A stretch of DNA of 64,000 nucleotides, from NCBI GenBank assembly GCA_000998135.1, contig LCCV01000010.1, forward strand, positions 9,073-73,072, read 5' to 3'. The notes beneath the pieces were generated by a model. The model did no database searches and was not told where the DNA came from. It worked only from the letters and a program-made list of their open reading frames with translations. The translations under genes and the position numbers were made by a program. Of the stretch, positions 17,105-26,364 are shown one piece after another (position 1 is the stretch's first letter; each line of letters starts with the position of its first letter). The stretch is from Parcubacteria group bacterium GW2011_GWA2_42_14. Lineage in GTDB: Bacteria > Patescibacteriota > Minisyncoccia > Sungbacterales > GWA2-42-14.

Positions 17105-18124
17105 ATGGAAAAAGAATCTTTTGAAAATACTCATGGAAAAAAGGAAATTCCACAGATTGAACTCAAAATCCGTGAGCCGGACGGCTCAAAAGGATTTATA
17201 ATTGCATTTCAGTGCCGAACCGAGGAAGAATGCGCCGCGTACAATTATGTGGTTTCGGCCATTATGAAAAGAGAAAAGTTGAATCCATTTCATCAACTTG
17301 GAGCTGAATTTGACGGGTCGAATAAGCCGGGACTTCATTGGTGGGAGGCATTGTTTAAGGGTGATGTTACTAGGGGGCAAATTGAGACCTTGCTTCCCGA
17401 GATGGAAGAACACATTAAAAAACATCTTGAAGGAAAAGGGGAATGGGGTTTGGGACTGTTAGGAAAAAAAATTACTGGCAAGGCAGAAAGTTTAGAAGAA
17501 GGGCGTGAACGCGCTTATGAGGGCAGTATTGGGCCAAGTATAGTTTTTGAACGCGGTATTGAGAGATATGAAAAGTTGTTGGGTTTGCCCACACAAGAAA
17601 TGAAAGGGCAATTGGTTTTAGATATTGGTTCTGGTCCGGAAGAAGTGTTTTCCAAAGAAGCAAAAAAGAAAGGATTTAAAGTTGTTTCTCTATCCCCCGA
17701 ACTTAAATATGAAGATATACGAAAAAGCACTAAAGGTAATTTCTTTGTTTTTTTGCGTAAGGGTTTTGGCAAGGGGAAATGGCAAAAGCGATCGGCGGGA
17801 GGAATTACTCAGGAACTTCCTTTTAAAAATGAAACATTTGACACCGAGGTTTCTTTATACGGAGGAATTCATTATCTGCCATATTTAAAATCAGAGTATA
17901 GAATGGCGTTTGGAGAAATCCTTAGAACTTTAAAACATGGGGGTAAGGCCTATTTATATCCTGTTAACATAAGAGATGAGCATAAGGAAGATTTTTTTAA
18001 GCTTATGCAAGAATTGTCGCCGCAAGCCGATTTTATAATTGATTTAGTGGAAAAGTCATTTAGTAGTACAAATATGTATAGAGTGGTTTTAATTAAAAAG
18101 ATAGCGGATAATAGGGGAAAATAG
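17105..18124 (+). CDS. Class I SAM-dependent methyltransferase with extra N-terminal domain
   Basis: VLDIGSG, QELPFKNETFD, EILRTLKHGG. Confidence 0.8.
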   Translation: MEKESFENTHGKKEIPQIELKIREPDGSKGFIIAFQCRTEEECAAYNYVVSAIMKREKLNPFHQLGAEFDGSNKPGLHWWEALFKGDVTRGQIETLLPEMEEHIKKHLEGKGEWGLGLLGKKITGKAESLEEGRERAYEGSIGPSIVFERGIERYEKLLGLPTQEMKGQLVLDIGSGPEEVFSKEAKKKGFKVVSLSPELKYEDIRKSTKGNFFVFLRKGFGKGKWQKRSAGGITQELPFKNETFDTEVSLYGGIHYLPYLKSEYRMAFGEILRTLKHGGKAYLYPVNIRDEHKEDFFKLMQELSPQADFIIDLVEKSFSSTNMYRVVLIKKIADNRGK

Positions 18125-18137
18125 TTATTGGGATTAT

Positions 18138-18857
18138 ATGAAGAAAAGATTGGGCGATGCTTTAATAGAAAAAGGTTTGGCGCAAGATAAAAATAGCGCC
18201 TTTATTATTGTTACCGAAGGCAGGATTTTGGTAAATGGCCAGAAAGCGGTGTCGCCTTCGCAGTTGGTCGGGGAAGGCGCAAAAATTGAAGTTCGCGAAT
18301 CCCAAAAATATGTCGGCCGGGGCGCTTATAAGTTAGAAGCCGCGCTGAATTATTTTAAAATTGACGTTAAGGATAAAATTTGCTTGGATATTGGTTCGGC
18401 TACCGGAGGATTTGTTGAGGTTTTGTTGAATCATGGAGCAAAAAGGGTTTTTGCCGTTGATACAGCGTATGGCAAGTTGGCTTTAAAATTAAGACAAAAC
18501 TCAAAAGTGGTAGTGATGGAGGAAACGGATATTCGCGATTTGGAAAAGTTGCCTGAAACGGTCTCTCTTGTTACCATTGATGTATCTTTGATTTCGCTTA
18601 AGAATATTCTGCCCCATGTTGGGTGTTTTTTAGAAAGGGGCGGCGAAGTAGTAGCCTTATTTAAACCGCAATATGAAACCCGCGACCCGAAAATTTTAAA
18701 ACACGGCGTGATTAAAGATGATGAAGCAAGAGAAAAATTATTAAGCGATTTCATAAGTTGGGCTGAAGTAAGCAGGTGGAAAATAAAAGGTAAAATTACA
18801 TCTCCAATAAGCGGTTCAAAGGGCAATATAGAGTATTTATTATATATAACATTATGA
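18138..18857 (+). CDS. tlyA: TlyA family rRNA methyltransferase
   Basis: S4 domain, YVGRGAYKL, DIGSATGGF, KPQYE, GSKGNIEY. Confidence 0.92.
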   Translation: MKKRLGDALIEKGLAQDKNSAFIIVTEGRILVNGQKAVSPSQLVGEGAKIEVRESQKYVGRGAYKLEAALNYFKIDVKDKICLDIGSATGGFVEVLLNHGAKRVFAVDTAYGKLALKLRQNSKVVVMEETDIRDLEKLPETVSLVTIDVSLISLKNILPHVGCFLERGGEVVALFKPQYETRDPKILKHGVIKDDEAREKLLSDFISWAEVSRWKIKGKITSPISGSKGNIEYLLYITL

Positions 18858-19969
18858 TTCTTGCCATTATTTCATTCATAATTTTGTTGGCCTTGGTTGT
18901 TTTGGTTCATGAATTCGGGCATTTTTGGGTTGCTCGCCGGTTCAAAATAAAAGTTGAAGAATTCGGTTTTGGTTTTTCCGGGCAGGAATTCGGTTTTCGT
19001 TTTCCGCCTAAACTTTTTAAATTTAAAAAAGGAGATGTGGTGTATTCCATAAATCCGTTACCTTTGGGCGGGTTTGTTAAGATTTTTGGCGAAGGCGGGG
19101 AAGGGGAAGGCAATCCCGAAAGTTTCATATCTCGTCCAATATGGCAGAGATTTTTAATACTTTTCGCGGGGGTTTTTATGAATATAGTTCTGGCATGGGT
19201 GTTATTTACCATTGGCGCCGGCTTTGGGGCGCCCGCGGTAGTGGACGAAACAACCATTGGTTCGGTTAAAGAAATTGGGGTCATGATTACGGCTGTTGCC
19301 GAAAATTCTCCCGCGAAAACAGCTGATATTCGGGTTGGAGATATGGCGGTGAGTTTGAAAAATATTGTTTCCGGTAACGCGTTGGAAATTAAGACCGTTG
19401 AAGAACTTCAGGGTTTTACCAAGGATAATCTTTCTCAAAAAGTTAAAATAACCATAAAAAGAGGAAAAATAATTATGGAAAAAGAATTGGTGCCACGGGC
19501 CAATCCCCCTGAAGGAGAGGGCGCTATGGGTGTGGGCATTGCTCTAGTGGGCATAGTTAAGGCGCCGTGGTATAAAGCTCCGTGGGAAGGTTTAAAAGAT
19601 GTTTTTCGGCTTTTTTATCTTATTGCCAGAGGATTTTATAATTTATTTTTGGATATATTTGTTTCGGGTACTATTCCAACCGATATTGCCGGGCCGGTAG
19701 GCATTGCGGCCTTGTCGGGACAATTTGCTTCTTTGGGCATTCTTTATTTTTTAAACTTTGTCGCTGCTATTTCCGTAAATCTTGCTTTTTTGAATGTTAT
19801 ACCGATTCCTGCGCTGGACGGAGGAAGAATCCTGTTTTTGCTTATTGAAAAAATAAAGGGTTCCAAAGTTGACCAAAAAGTGGAGCACGCGATTCACGGA
19901 GCATTCTTTGTTTTTTTGATGATTTTGGTATTTTTTGTGACTTATCGCGATTTGACAAGATTTTTGTAG
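18854..19969 (+). CDS. rseP: Site-2 (M50) metalloprotease RseP
   Basis: HEFGH, PLGGFV, PDZ domain, NVIPIPALDGG. Confidence 0.93.
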   Translation: MILAIISFIILLALVVLVHEFGHFWVARRFKIKVEEFGFGFSGQEFGFRFPPKLFKFKKGDVVYSINPLPLGGFVKIFGEGGEGEGNPESFISRPIWQRFLILFAGVFMNIVLAWVLFTIGAGFGAPAVVDETTIGSVKEIGVMITAVAENSPAKTADIRVGDMAVSLKNIVSGNALEIKTVEELQGFTKDNLSQKVKITIKRGKIIMEKELVPRANPPEGEGAMGVGIALVGIVKAPWYKAPWEGLKDVFRLFYLIARGFYNLFLDIFVSGTIPTDIAGPVGIAALSGQFASLGILYFLNFVAAISVNLAFLNVIPIPALDGGRILFLLIEKIKGSKVDQKVEHAIHGAFFVFLMILVFFVTYRDLTRFL

Positions 19970-20012
19970 TAGTTATAATGAATTGGTTAGGTCTTTGATA
20001 ATGGAGGGTTGC

Positions 20013-20291
20013 ATGAAACGAAACAAGGAAGTTAATCTTGATGAAGTAAAAACTTTTTATGGCCCGCACCCCGGTTTTGCCGGCGCGGCCATATCCATTC
20101 CGGAAGCGGTAAAAAAAGTTGCCGATGCGCTGAATGGTAAAAAATTATCCGTTCGCAAAGCAATACAAAAGATTCGGAAAGTTACCAATGGCAATCTTCG
20201 GGTTGTTATTATGGATATAAGCTTTATTATGCTTGAGATTAAAACAGAAGATGGGGCTCGTCATGGTTTTCGTGTTATTTGTTTCAAGTAA
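20013..20291 (+). CDS. Hypothetical protein (cassette)
   Basis: GGAGG SD before ATG 20013; terminator AGATCCC-TTCA-GGGGTCT-T6 downstream. Confidence 0.7.
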   Translation: MKRNKEVNLDEVKTFYGPHPGFAGAAISIPEAVKKVADALNGKKLSVRKAIQKIRKVTNGNLRVVIMDISFIMLEIKTEDGARHGFRVICFK

Positions 20292-20430
20292 CAGATCCCT
20301 TCAGGGGTCTTTTTTATTGTCCTTGACTTTATTTATGTAAGGAGTATAATGTTAAAATAAGGTCGATTATTAACAAGTTAATATGAGCCAGCACGAATAT
20401 AATATTTAATTTAGAGAATAACCGCGAATA

Positions 20431-20574
20431 TTAATTAATTTTGCTAACTTTAACTAATCTGGCCGCAAATTTCACGAATATTTATTCGTGTATATTTGGG
20501 AGCCATTTGTGTAAATTTGCGATTAGAGATATTTAGGTGTATTCAAAAATTAGTAAATATTCGTGGTTATTCTA
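20431..20574. repeat. Long nested imperfect palindrome upstream of the CxxC protein gene
   Basis: GAATAACCGCGAATATT...AATATTCGTGGTTATTC outer arms; inner CACGAATA-TT-TATTCGTG. Confidence 0.7.
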
Positions 20575-20577
20575 AAA

Positions 20578-20802
20578 ATGTTTCAAGATGACAACGGAGG
20601 AGGAGGACGCGGAAATTGGCGGGGAGGAGGAGGAAGCGGTGGCGGTGGCCGCGGAAATTGGAATCCGCGCCCTCGCGAAGAGCATCAGGCGGTTTGTTCC
20701 GACTGTGGAAAGGACACAACGGTTCCGTTTCCGCCCACCGAAGGAAGACCGGTTTACTGCAGAGACTGTTATTCAAAAAGGAGAACGAATCGTTATCAGT
20801 AG
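20578..20802 (+). CDS. CxxC-x17-CxxC zinc-ribbon domain protein
   Basis: AVCSDCGKDTTVPFPPTEGRPVYCRDCY; Gly/Arg-rich N-terminus. Confidence 0.9.
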   Translation: MFQDDNGGGGRGNWRGGGGSGGGGRGNWNPRPREEHQAVCSDCGKDTTVPFPPTEGRPVYCRDCYSKRRTNRYQ

Positions 20803-20810
20803 ATTATATT

Positions 20811-20841
20811 TTCAAAAGCCCCGTATTGCGGGGCTTTTGAA
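20811..20841 (+). terminator. Intrinsic terminator (possibly bidirectional)
   Basis: TTCAAAAGCCCCG-TATTG-CGGGGCTTTTGAA. Confidence 0.75.
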
Positions 20842-20916
20842 TTAGGCATTGGGAATAAAAATGCCGCGTGTTACAATGAAATTGTTTGACTGTAAAAATT
20901 TGTAATTCGTAAAGTT

Positions 20917-22170
20917 ATGGAGTATAAATATGTGATAATCGGTGGAGGAATTGCCGGAATAACCGCCGCCGAAACAATCAGGGAGCTTGACTCATCAGGC
21001 ACTATCGCTGTTTTTACGAAAGAAGCGCATTTATTATATTCCCGGGTTCTTCTGCCATCTTTTTTAAAAGGCGTAATCCGTAAAGACCAGCTGTTTTTAA
21101 GAACATTCGGCGATTTTGAAAAATCGCAAATAACCATTTTTCTTAAAAGAAATGTTATTGACATTGATATAAAGCAAAAAAAAATAACATTTCAGGATAA
21201 CGAATCCCTGTTTCATAAAAAAAACACCGTATTTTATGAAAAACTTCTGATTGCTTCGGGCGGAGAAGTTGAGGAGTGGCCGGTTGCAGGAAATGATAAA
21301 AAGGGAATTTTTTGCCTGCAAACCATTGGTGACGCCGAAGCCATTGCCAAATATTTGCCGCAAGCCAAAAAAGCGATTGTGGCCGGCGGTTCTTTTATTG
21401 CCCTTGAATTCCTTGAAATTTTTTCTTTGAGAAGAATTCCGATTTCGCTTATATGCAAAAGCGCGGGATTTTTCAGCAATTCTTTTGACAGTATCGGAGG
21501 AGAAATAATGGATTCCAATTTTAGAAGGCACGGAATAGAACCTCGTTATAAAGAAGAGGTGCGCGAGGTTTTAGGTGGAAATTGGGTTTCGGGGACAAGA
21601 ACCAATAGGCCTGCGGAATATCAGGGGAATATTATCGGCGTGGGCATAGGCCTGAATAAAAATTTGGACTTTTTTAAAGAGCGGGGGTTTTTAACGGGCG
21701 AGGAAGGAATTAGAACAAATGAATATTTAGAAACCGAAAATAAAGGAGTTTTTGCGGCTGGAGATATTGCCGAATTTTATGATGTTATTTTTGAAAAACA
21801 CCGCGCGGTCGGTAATTGGACCAATGCCTTTTTGCAGGGGGAAATAGCCGGTTTTAACATGGCGGGCAGAAAAACGGTTTTTCGCAATGTGCCTTCTTAT
21901 TCTATTACCAACCTCGGTTTTCAAATAACGGCTTTGGGAGAAATCGAAGCGGGAGAGGGTGTGGAAACAATTTCGCGCGCCAACCCGCCGTTTCATAAAT
22001 ACGAGAGGTTTTTTATAAAAGACGGCGTTATGAAGGGGGCTTTTATGATTAATATGTTTTTCGATAAGCCGATAATTTCACGCTGGATTGAGAATAAGGT
22101 CTCGGTTGAAAAAATAAAAGGCAATTTTGCCGATATTTCTTTTAATCTGGCTGAAGTTGTGGTTGAATAA
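20917..22170 (+). CDS. FAD-dependent pyridine nucleotide-disulfide oxidoreductase (rubredoxin/ferredoxin reductase or NirB-like)
   Basis: IIGGGIAG, YSRVLL, LLIASGG, GGSFIALE, FAAGDIAE. Confidence 0.85.
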   Translation: MEYKYVIIGGGIAGITAAETIRELDSSGTIAVFTKEAHLLYSRVLLPSFLKGVIRKDQLFLRTFGDFEKSQITIFLKRNVIDIDIKQKKITFQDNESLFHKKNTVFYEKLLIASGGEVEEWPVAGNDKKGIFCLQTIGDAEAIAKYLPQAKKAIVAGGSFIALEFLEIFSLRRIPISLICKSAGFFSNSFDSIGGEIMDSNFRRHGIEPRYKEEVREVLGGNWVSGTRTNRPAEYQGNIIGVGIGLNKNLDFFKERGFLTGEEGIRTNEYLETENKGVFAAGDIAEFYDVIFEKHRAVGNWTNAFLQGEIAGFNMAGRKTVFRNVPSYSITNLGFQITALGEIEAGEGVETISRANPPFHKYERFFIKDGVMKGAFMINMFFDKPIISRWIENKVSVEKIKGNFADISFNLAEVVVE

Positions 22171-22274
22171 CTTTACTTGTTATTTTGTCTTTTATTCTGT
22201 AAAATTTTAATACTATTTTAATTCCATTGACTCGCTGTTCAAAATTGTCAGGAACAATTAGGTAACGCGGGAAA

Positions 22275-23111
22275 ATGTCAATTTTAATGACAAAATTAGA
22301 ACATCATCATGATGACGCGGTTGAGCATGTAGTTGAGGACTTAAAGGCGATAAAGGAACTAAATGAGGTTGCGCCAAGTTCCTTATCGGTCCCGATAGCA
22401 ATTATTGTTGCCGGCATTATTGTTGCTTTGGCGATTATATCTTCCGGGGGCAGGTCCGGAGTTGGCGGCGGTGAAGCTAGTGTTACCGGCGGCATTGTTG
22501 AACAAAAACCAGTAGTAGGGGCCGGAGGAATTCCCGCGGTAGAAGTTAATGCCGAAGATTTATTTACAGATAATGACGCGTTTTTGGGGAATCCCGCCGC
22601 TAAGATTGTTATAGTTGAATTCGGAGATTTTCAATGTCCGTTTTGCGGAAAGTTTTTTAAGGAAACAGAGCCGCAGATTATTGATAAATACGTGAAAACC
22701 GGAAAGGTCAGATTTATTTATAAACAATTTGCTTTTTTAGGGCAGGAATCCAATTGGGCGGCTGAGGCGTCGGAATGCGCCAAGGACCAGGGAAAATTTT
22801 GGCAATATCACGATTATCTTTATAATCATCTTTGGGATAATTATTACGCCAAAAATCAAAACGGTGAGAATGTAGGAGCGTTTAGCAAGGATAATTTAAA
22901 GAAATTTGCCGGAACCCTTGGTTTGAATGCTGGTGAATTTTCGCAGTGCCTTGATTCCGGAAAATATACAAAGAAAGTTCAGGCAGATATTGAGGTTGGA
23001 AGAAAAAATGGAGTTAGCGGGACCCCTACATCGTTTGTTAATGGAAAATTATTGGTTGGAGCCCAGCCATTGGAAGCATTTGACCAAGCAATTGCAGAAG
23101 CCCTAAAATAG
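22275..23111 (+). CDS. DsbA/BdbD-like thiol-disulfide oxidoreductase, membrane-anchored
   Basis: EFGDFQCPFC, GVSGTPT, GAQP; N-terminal TM. Confidence 0.9.
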   Translation: MSILMTKLEHHHDDAVEHVVEDLKAIKELNEVAPSSLSVPIAIIVAGIIVALAIISSGGRSGVGGGEASVTGGIVEQKPVVGAGGIPAVEVNAEDLFTDNDAFLGNPAAKIVIVEFGDFQCPFCGKFFKETEPQIIDKYVKTGKVRFIYKQFAFLGQESNWAAEASECAKDQGKFWQYHDYLYNHLWDNYYAKNQNGENVGAFSKDNLKKFAGTLGLNAGEFSQCLDSGKYTKKVQADIEVGRKNGVSGTPTSFVNGKLLVGAQPLEAFDQAIAEALK

Positions 23112-23159
23112 AAACCAACAACGCATAGGTTGTCTGAAAATTGTTAGAATTGCATTTTC

Positions 23160-23379
23160 GTCATTCTGAGTCCTTCGGTCGTCATTCTGACCCTGAGTCA
23201 TGCGAAGGGGAAGAATCTCAGGATAAACCCTGTGGTGAGTTTATCGAATCCATCCGCGAAGAATCTCCGGTAGTGAAAAACAAGAAACTCTTTAGATTTT
23301 TCGGGGTTGCGGAGCAACGGGTTCGGCGGGGCCGAACCCAGGGCTTTTGTGAGAAAACAAAAGGCGCCCTCAGAATGAC
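23160..23379. repeat. Nested GTCATTCTGA...CAGAATGAC REP-like element (related copies 24048-24074, 51827-51863, 58309-58373)
   Basis: GTCATTCTGA-N-CGAAGAATC motif recurs; this copy contains a second copy and other palindromes. Confidence 0.85.
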
Positions 23380-23470
23380 GAAAGAGGGACATCATTCACC
23401 AAACCCATAATAGACTCCAAATGGCGTTTAATATGGCATAATATTTGGCGTCTAACACGGCTTCTAAAAC

Positions 23471-24037
23471 ATGAATATAGGCAAAATAAATAGAGCAAAT
23501 CAAGCCAAAAGAGCGGTAAAAATAAAAACGGCGGTTGTTTTGCTGATTGCCGGAGTTTTGCTTATTGGCGGAACTGTTTGGCTGGTAAAATATGTTGGAA
23601 AACAGGAAGGCGATTTGCCCGGCCAATTGTATCCGGAGATAAGCAAAGAGCATATAGCTATTGGGGCAGAGCACCCTCCATATAATTCTAATCCGCCTAC
23701 TTCGGGGCATCATTACGGTCAGGCGGCCGAATGGGGGGTTTATAAGGAGCAGATGCCGGACGAACAGCTTATTCATAATCTGGAACACGGCGGAGTGTGG
23801 ATTTCCTATAAGCCCGGAATTTCGGATGAAATAGTAAAAAATCTTGAAGGCATGTTTGATAAATACGGCAGGAAAAAAATAATTGTTACCCCGCGCCCAG
23901 AAAACGATACTGATATTGCCCTTGCGGTTTGGACGCGTTTGGAAAAATTCAATGTTTCGGAATATTCTGATGAGCGCGTAGAAAATTTTATTAGAAGATT
24001 AAAGAATAAAACCGGCCCGGAACCGTTCGCGCCGTAA
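23471..24037 (+). CDS. DUF3105 domain protein
   Basis: YNSNPPTSGHH, HNLEHGGVWISY. Confidence 0.88.
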   Translation: MNIGKINRANQAKRAVKIKTAVVLLIAGVLLIGGTVWLVKYVGKQEGDLPGQLYPEISKEHIAIGAEHPPYNSNPPTSGHHYGQAAEWGVYKEQMPDEQLIHNLEHGGVWISYKPGISDEIVKNLEGMFDKYGRKKIIVTPRPENDTDIALAVWTRLEKFNVSEYSDERVENFIRRLKNKTGPEPFAP

Positions 24038-24155
24038 ATGTTATTTCGTCATTCTGAGTGATAGCGAAGAATCTTACATTTAAGGCATTTTCTAATAGCA
24101 AAGATTTTTCATGTTGTTTAGAGGATTAAACAGTTTTTGGACGGCCTGGAACTTT

Positions 24156-24878
24156 ATGGAAGGAGTACACTTTAATAAGATTAAAACAGAAGCGAAAAAA
24201 GAACCGGAATATGGTTGGGAAAATCGCGTCTGGAAAACCAGGAATTTTGAAGAGGGGCAATTTAAATATGAAGTTTTTAAGCGGGAAGGATTTGGCGTTG
24301 AAGATATTTTAAAGAAAAAAGGTGTTTCGGTAGAGATAGCCGGCCCGACCAATAATGGTTTTTGGTTTCACGGTTTTTCTGATAAAAGTACGGAAATAAC
24401 TAGTTTTAATCTTGCTGAAGTAAAAAAAATTTTAACTTCAAATCTCTATCCCGGCGCACCCTTATTTAGCGATGAAGGCCTTGTTGGTTATTCTGGAAAG
24501 GCAGATTTTATTGCTGACGCAAGAAAGATGCCGATTAAAAAAGAAGGTGCTGATTTAGTGTATTGTTCGTGTCTTGGGAGTATTGCCGAAAACGGTTTGA
24601 AAAAAATTATTCAAGCAAAGCCGAAAGACATGCCTGCTGTTGAAAAGGAGAGATTGGTTTCAGAATCTTTATCCGGTGAAATTGGTGACAATTACAAATT
24701 GCGCGAGCAAGCCATTGATGAGTCATGGAATATTCTTAAACCGGGAGGAATTCTTGTATGGCAGGGTGGTGTATTTCATGATGTTGATTTTGCGATAAAG
24801 CGCGGCTTTGTTTTATTACAGCGAGAGCAAAAATATATTAAAACACCTGATGGGTCTAATGACGAAGAGCCAACATAG
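24156..24878 (+). CDS. Divergent class I SAM-dependent methyltransferase-like protein
   Basis: VEIAGPT, DFIADARKMP, ILKPGGILVW; in-frame tail NVIFLKPELK after the TAG. Confidence 0.65.
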   Translation: MEGVHFNKIKTEAKKEPEYGWENRVWKTRNFEEGQFKYEVFKREGFGVEDILKKKGVSVEIAGPTNNGFWFHGFSDKSTEITSFNLAEVKKILTSNLYPGAPLFSDEGLVGYSGKADFIADARKMPIKKEGADLVYCSCLGSIAENGLKKIIQAKPKDMPAVEKERLVSESLSGEIGDNYKLREQAIDESWNILKPGGILVWQGGVFHDVDFAIKRGFVLLQREQKYIKTPDGSNDEEPT

Positions 24879-24928
24879 AATGTTATTTTTTTGAAACCGG
24901 AATTAAAATAATTTTTAAAAAAAATTTT

Positions 24929-25981
24929 ATGCTCTACGACATTATTATTATAGGCGGCGGACCCGCAGGCACTGCGGCGGCTGTTTATACCGCCCGTAAA
25001 AAATTAAAAACACTTTTGATTACGGAGTCATTCGGCGGGCAGTCAATGGTTTCCGATGATATCCAAAATTGGATAGGCGAGAAGCACATCGGCGGTTTTG
25101 AGCTGGCTAAAAAATTTGAAGAGCATGTTCGCGCTTTTCCAGATATGGTTGATATTAAAATTCCGGAAAAAGTTACGGCAGTTCGTGAAATTTCTTGTTT
25201 GGAACCGACAATACCTCTTGGGGCGGCTTTGGGCCAGGTAAAAGACCATGAGCGTTATAGAATGTGCGATTTTGAAGTGGAAACGGATAAAGGCAATAAA
25301 TTTACGAGCAAGGCCATAATTTTGGCCGCCGGAGCAAGGCGCAGGAAACTCGGAGTTCCAGGAGAAGAAAAATTTGAAGGTAAGGGGGTTGCTTATTGTT
25401 CAACCTGTGACGCACCGCTTTTTTCCGGAAAAAAAGTTGCGGTAGTCGGCGGAGGAAATGCGGGACTGGAAGCTGTGCAGGACCTTTTTCTATACGCATC
25501 TGAAGTTTATCTTTTGGAATTTGGTGAAGCGGTGAAAGGAGACCCGGTCACTCTTGAGGAAATTAAAAAAAGCCAGAAATTGAAGCAAATAATTTTAAAC
25601 GCTCAAACCGTTGAGGTTTTGGGAGATAAATTTGTAACCGGATTAAAATATAAAGACCGGAAAACCATAGAAGAAAAGACCCTTGAAGTTGGCGGCGTTT
25701 TTGTGGAAATTGGCTCGGTGCCGAATTCAGAAATGGTTAAGGGCTTGGTTGATTTGGATAAATATGGACAGGTAATTATTGATTCCAAGCACGCTTTAAC
25801 ATCAAAACCCGGAATTTTTGCCGCCGGAGACATTACGGATGACCCGTACAAGCAAAATAACATTTCAGCGGGAGACGCGGTAAAAGCGGCATTGAGCGCG
25901 TATGCGTATTTGCTGCAGAGGCAGAAGATGAGTCCTGCTACGGAAGCGGGCCTCACTAATGGGCGGATTGCGGAAAAATAA
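24929..25981 (+). CDS. trxB: Thioredoxin reductase / AhpF-like
   Basis: GGGPAG, GVAYCSTCDAP, VVGGGNAG, FAAGD. Confidence 0.9.
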   Translation: MLYDIIIIGGGPAGTAAAVYTARKKLKTLLITESFGGQSMVSDDIQNWIGEKHIGGFELAKKFEEHVRAFPDMVDIKIPEKVTAVREISCLEPTIPLGAALGQVKDHERYRMCDFEVETDKGNKFTSKAIILAAGARRRKLGVPGEEKFEGKGVAYCSTCDAPLFSGKKVAVVGGGNAGLEAVQDLFLYASEVYLLEFGEAVKGDPVTLEEIKKSQKLKQIILNAQTVEVLGDKFVTGLKYKDRKTIEEKTLEVGGVFVEIGSVPNSEMVKGLVDLDKYGQVIIDSKHALTSKPGIFAAGDITDDPYKQNNISAGDAVKAALSAYAYLLQRQKMSPATEAGLTNGRIAEK

Positions 25982-26005
25982 AACCACACAAGTGTGTGGA
26001 TATTG

Positions 26006-26305
26006 TTAGTGTTTTTCGACTCCAAATTTTGAAAAACCGCGCCATGTTAGTGAGAAGCATAATTCGATTATATTCAACCTCATGTTAGTGCACCTTACTG
26101 TTTTTTTGATGTATCCTGCATTTTCTGCGTCTGCGATGCCTTTTAGTATTTCTTCTGTGTCAAAATCCGTAATTCCTTCTTGTTTCAAAATACGCTCGAT
26201 GGCTTGCCATTCGAATCGCGCGTCACAATTATTGTTTTGTCCCATGAGACGAGGTATTTCTTTTGAAAGATCAACTTGAACCATTGGGACGTGCTTCTGA
26301 GCCAT
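26006..26305 (-). CDS. Hypothetical protein (cassette)
   Basis: AAGGGGG SD; 99-aa ORF opposite to flanking core genes. Confidence 0.7.
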   Translation of the reverse strand: MAQKHVPMVQVDLSKEIPRLMGQNNNCDARFEWQAIERILKQEGITDFDTEEILKGIADAENAGYIKKTVRCTNMRLNIIELCFSLTWRGFSKFGVEKH

Positions 26306-26364
26306 TTTTATACCCCCTTGAGAGGTTTTAAGAATATATGTAATAATATTTAATTCTTTTTAAA

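Noticed and set aside
23141-23410. 89-aa and 65-aa ORFs between dsbA-like and DUF3105 genes
   Set aside because: They are translations of the nested palindromic element, with no protein-like features.
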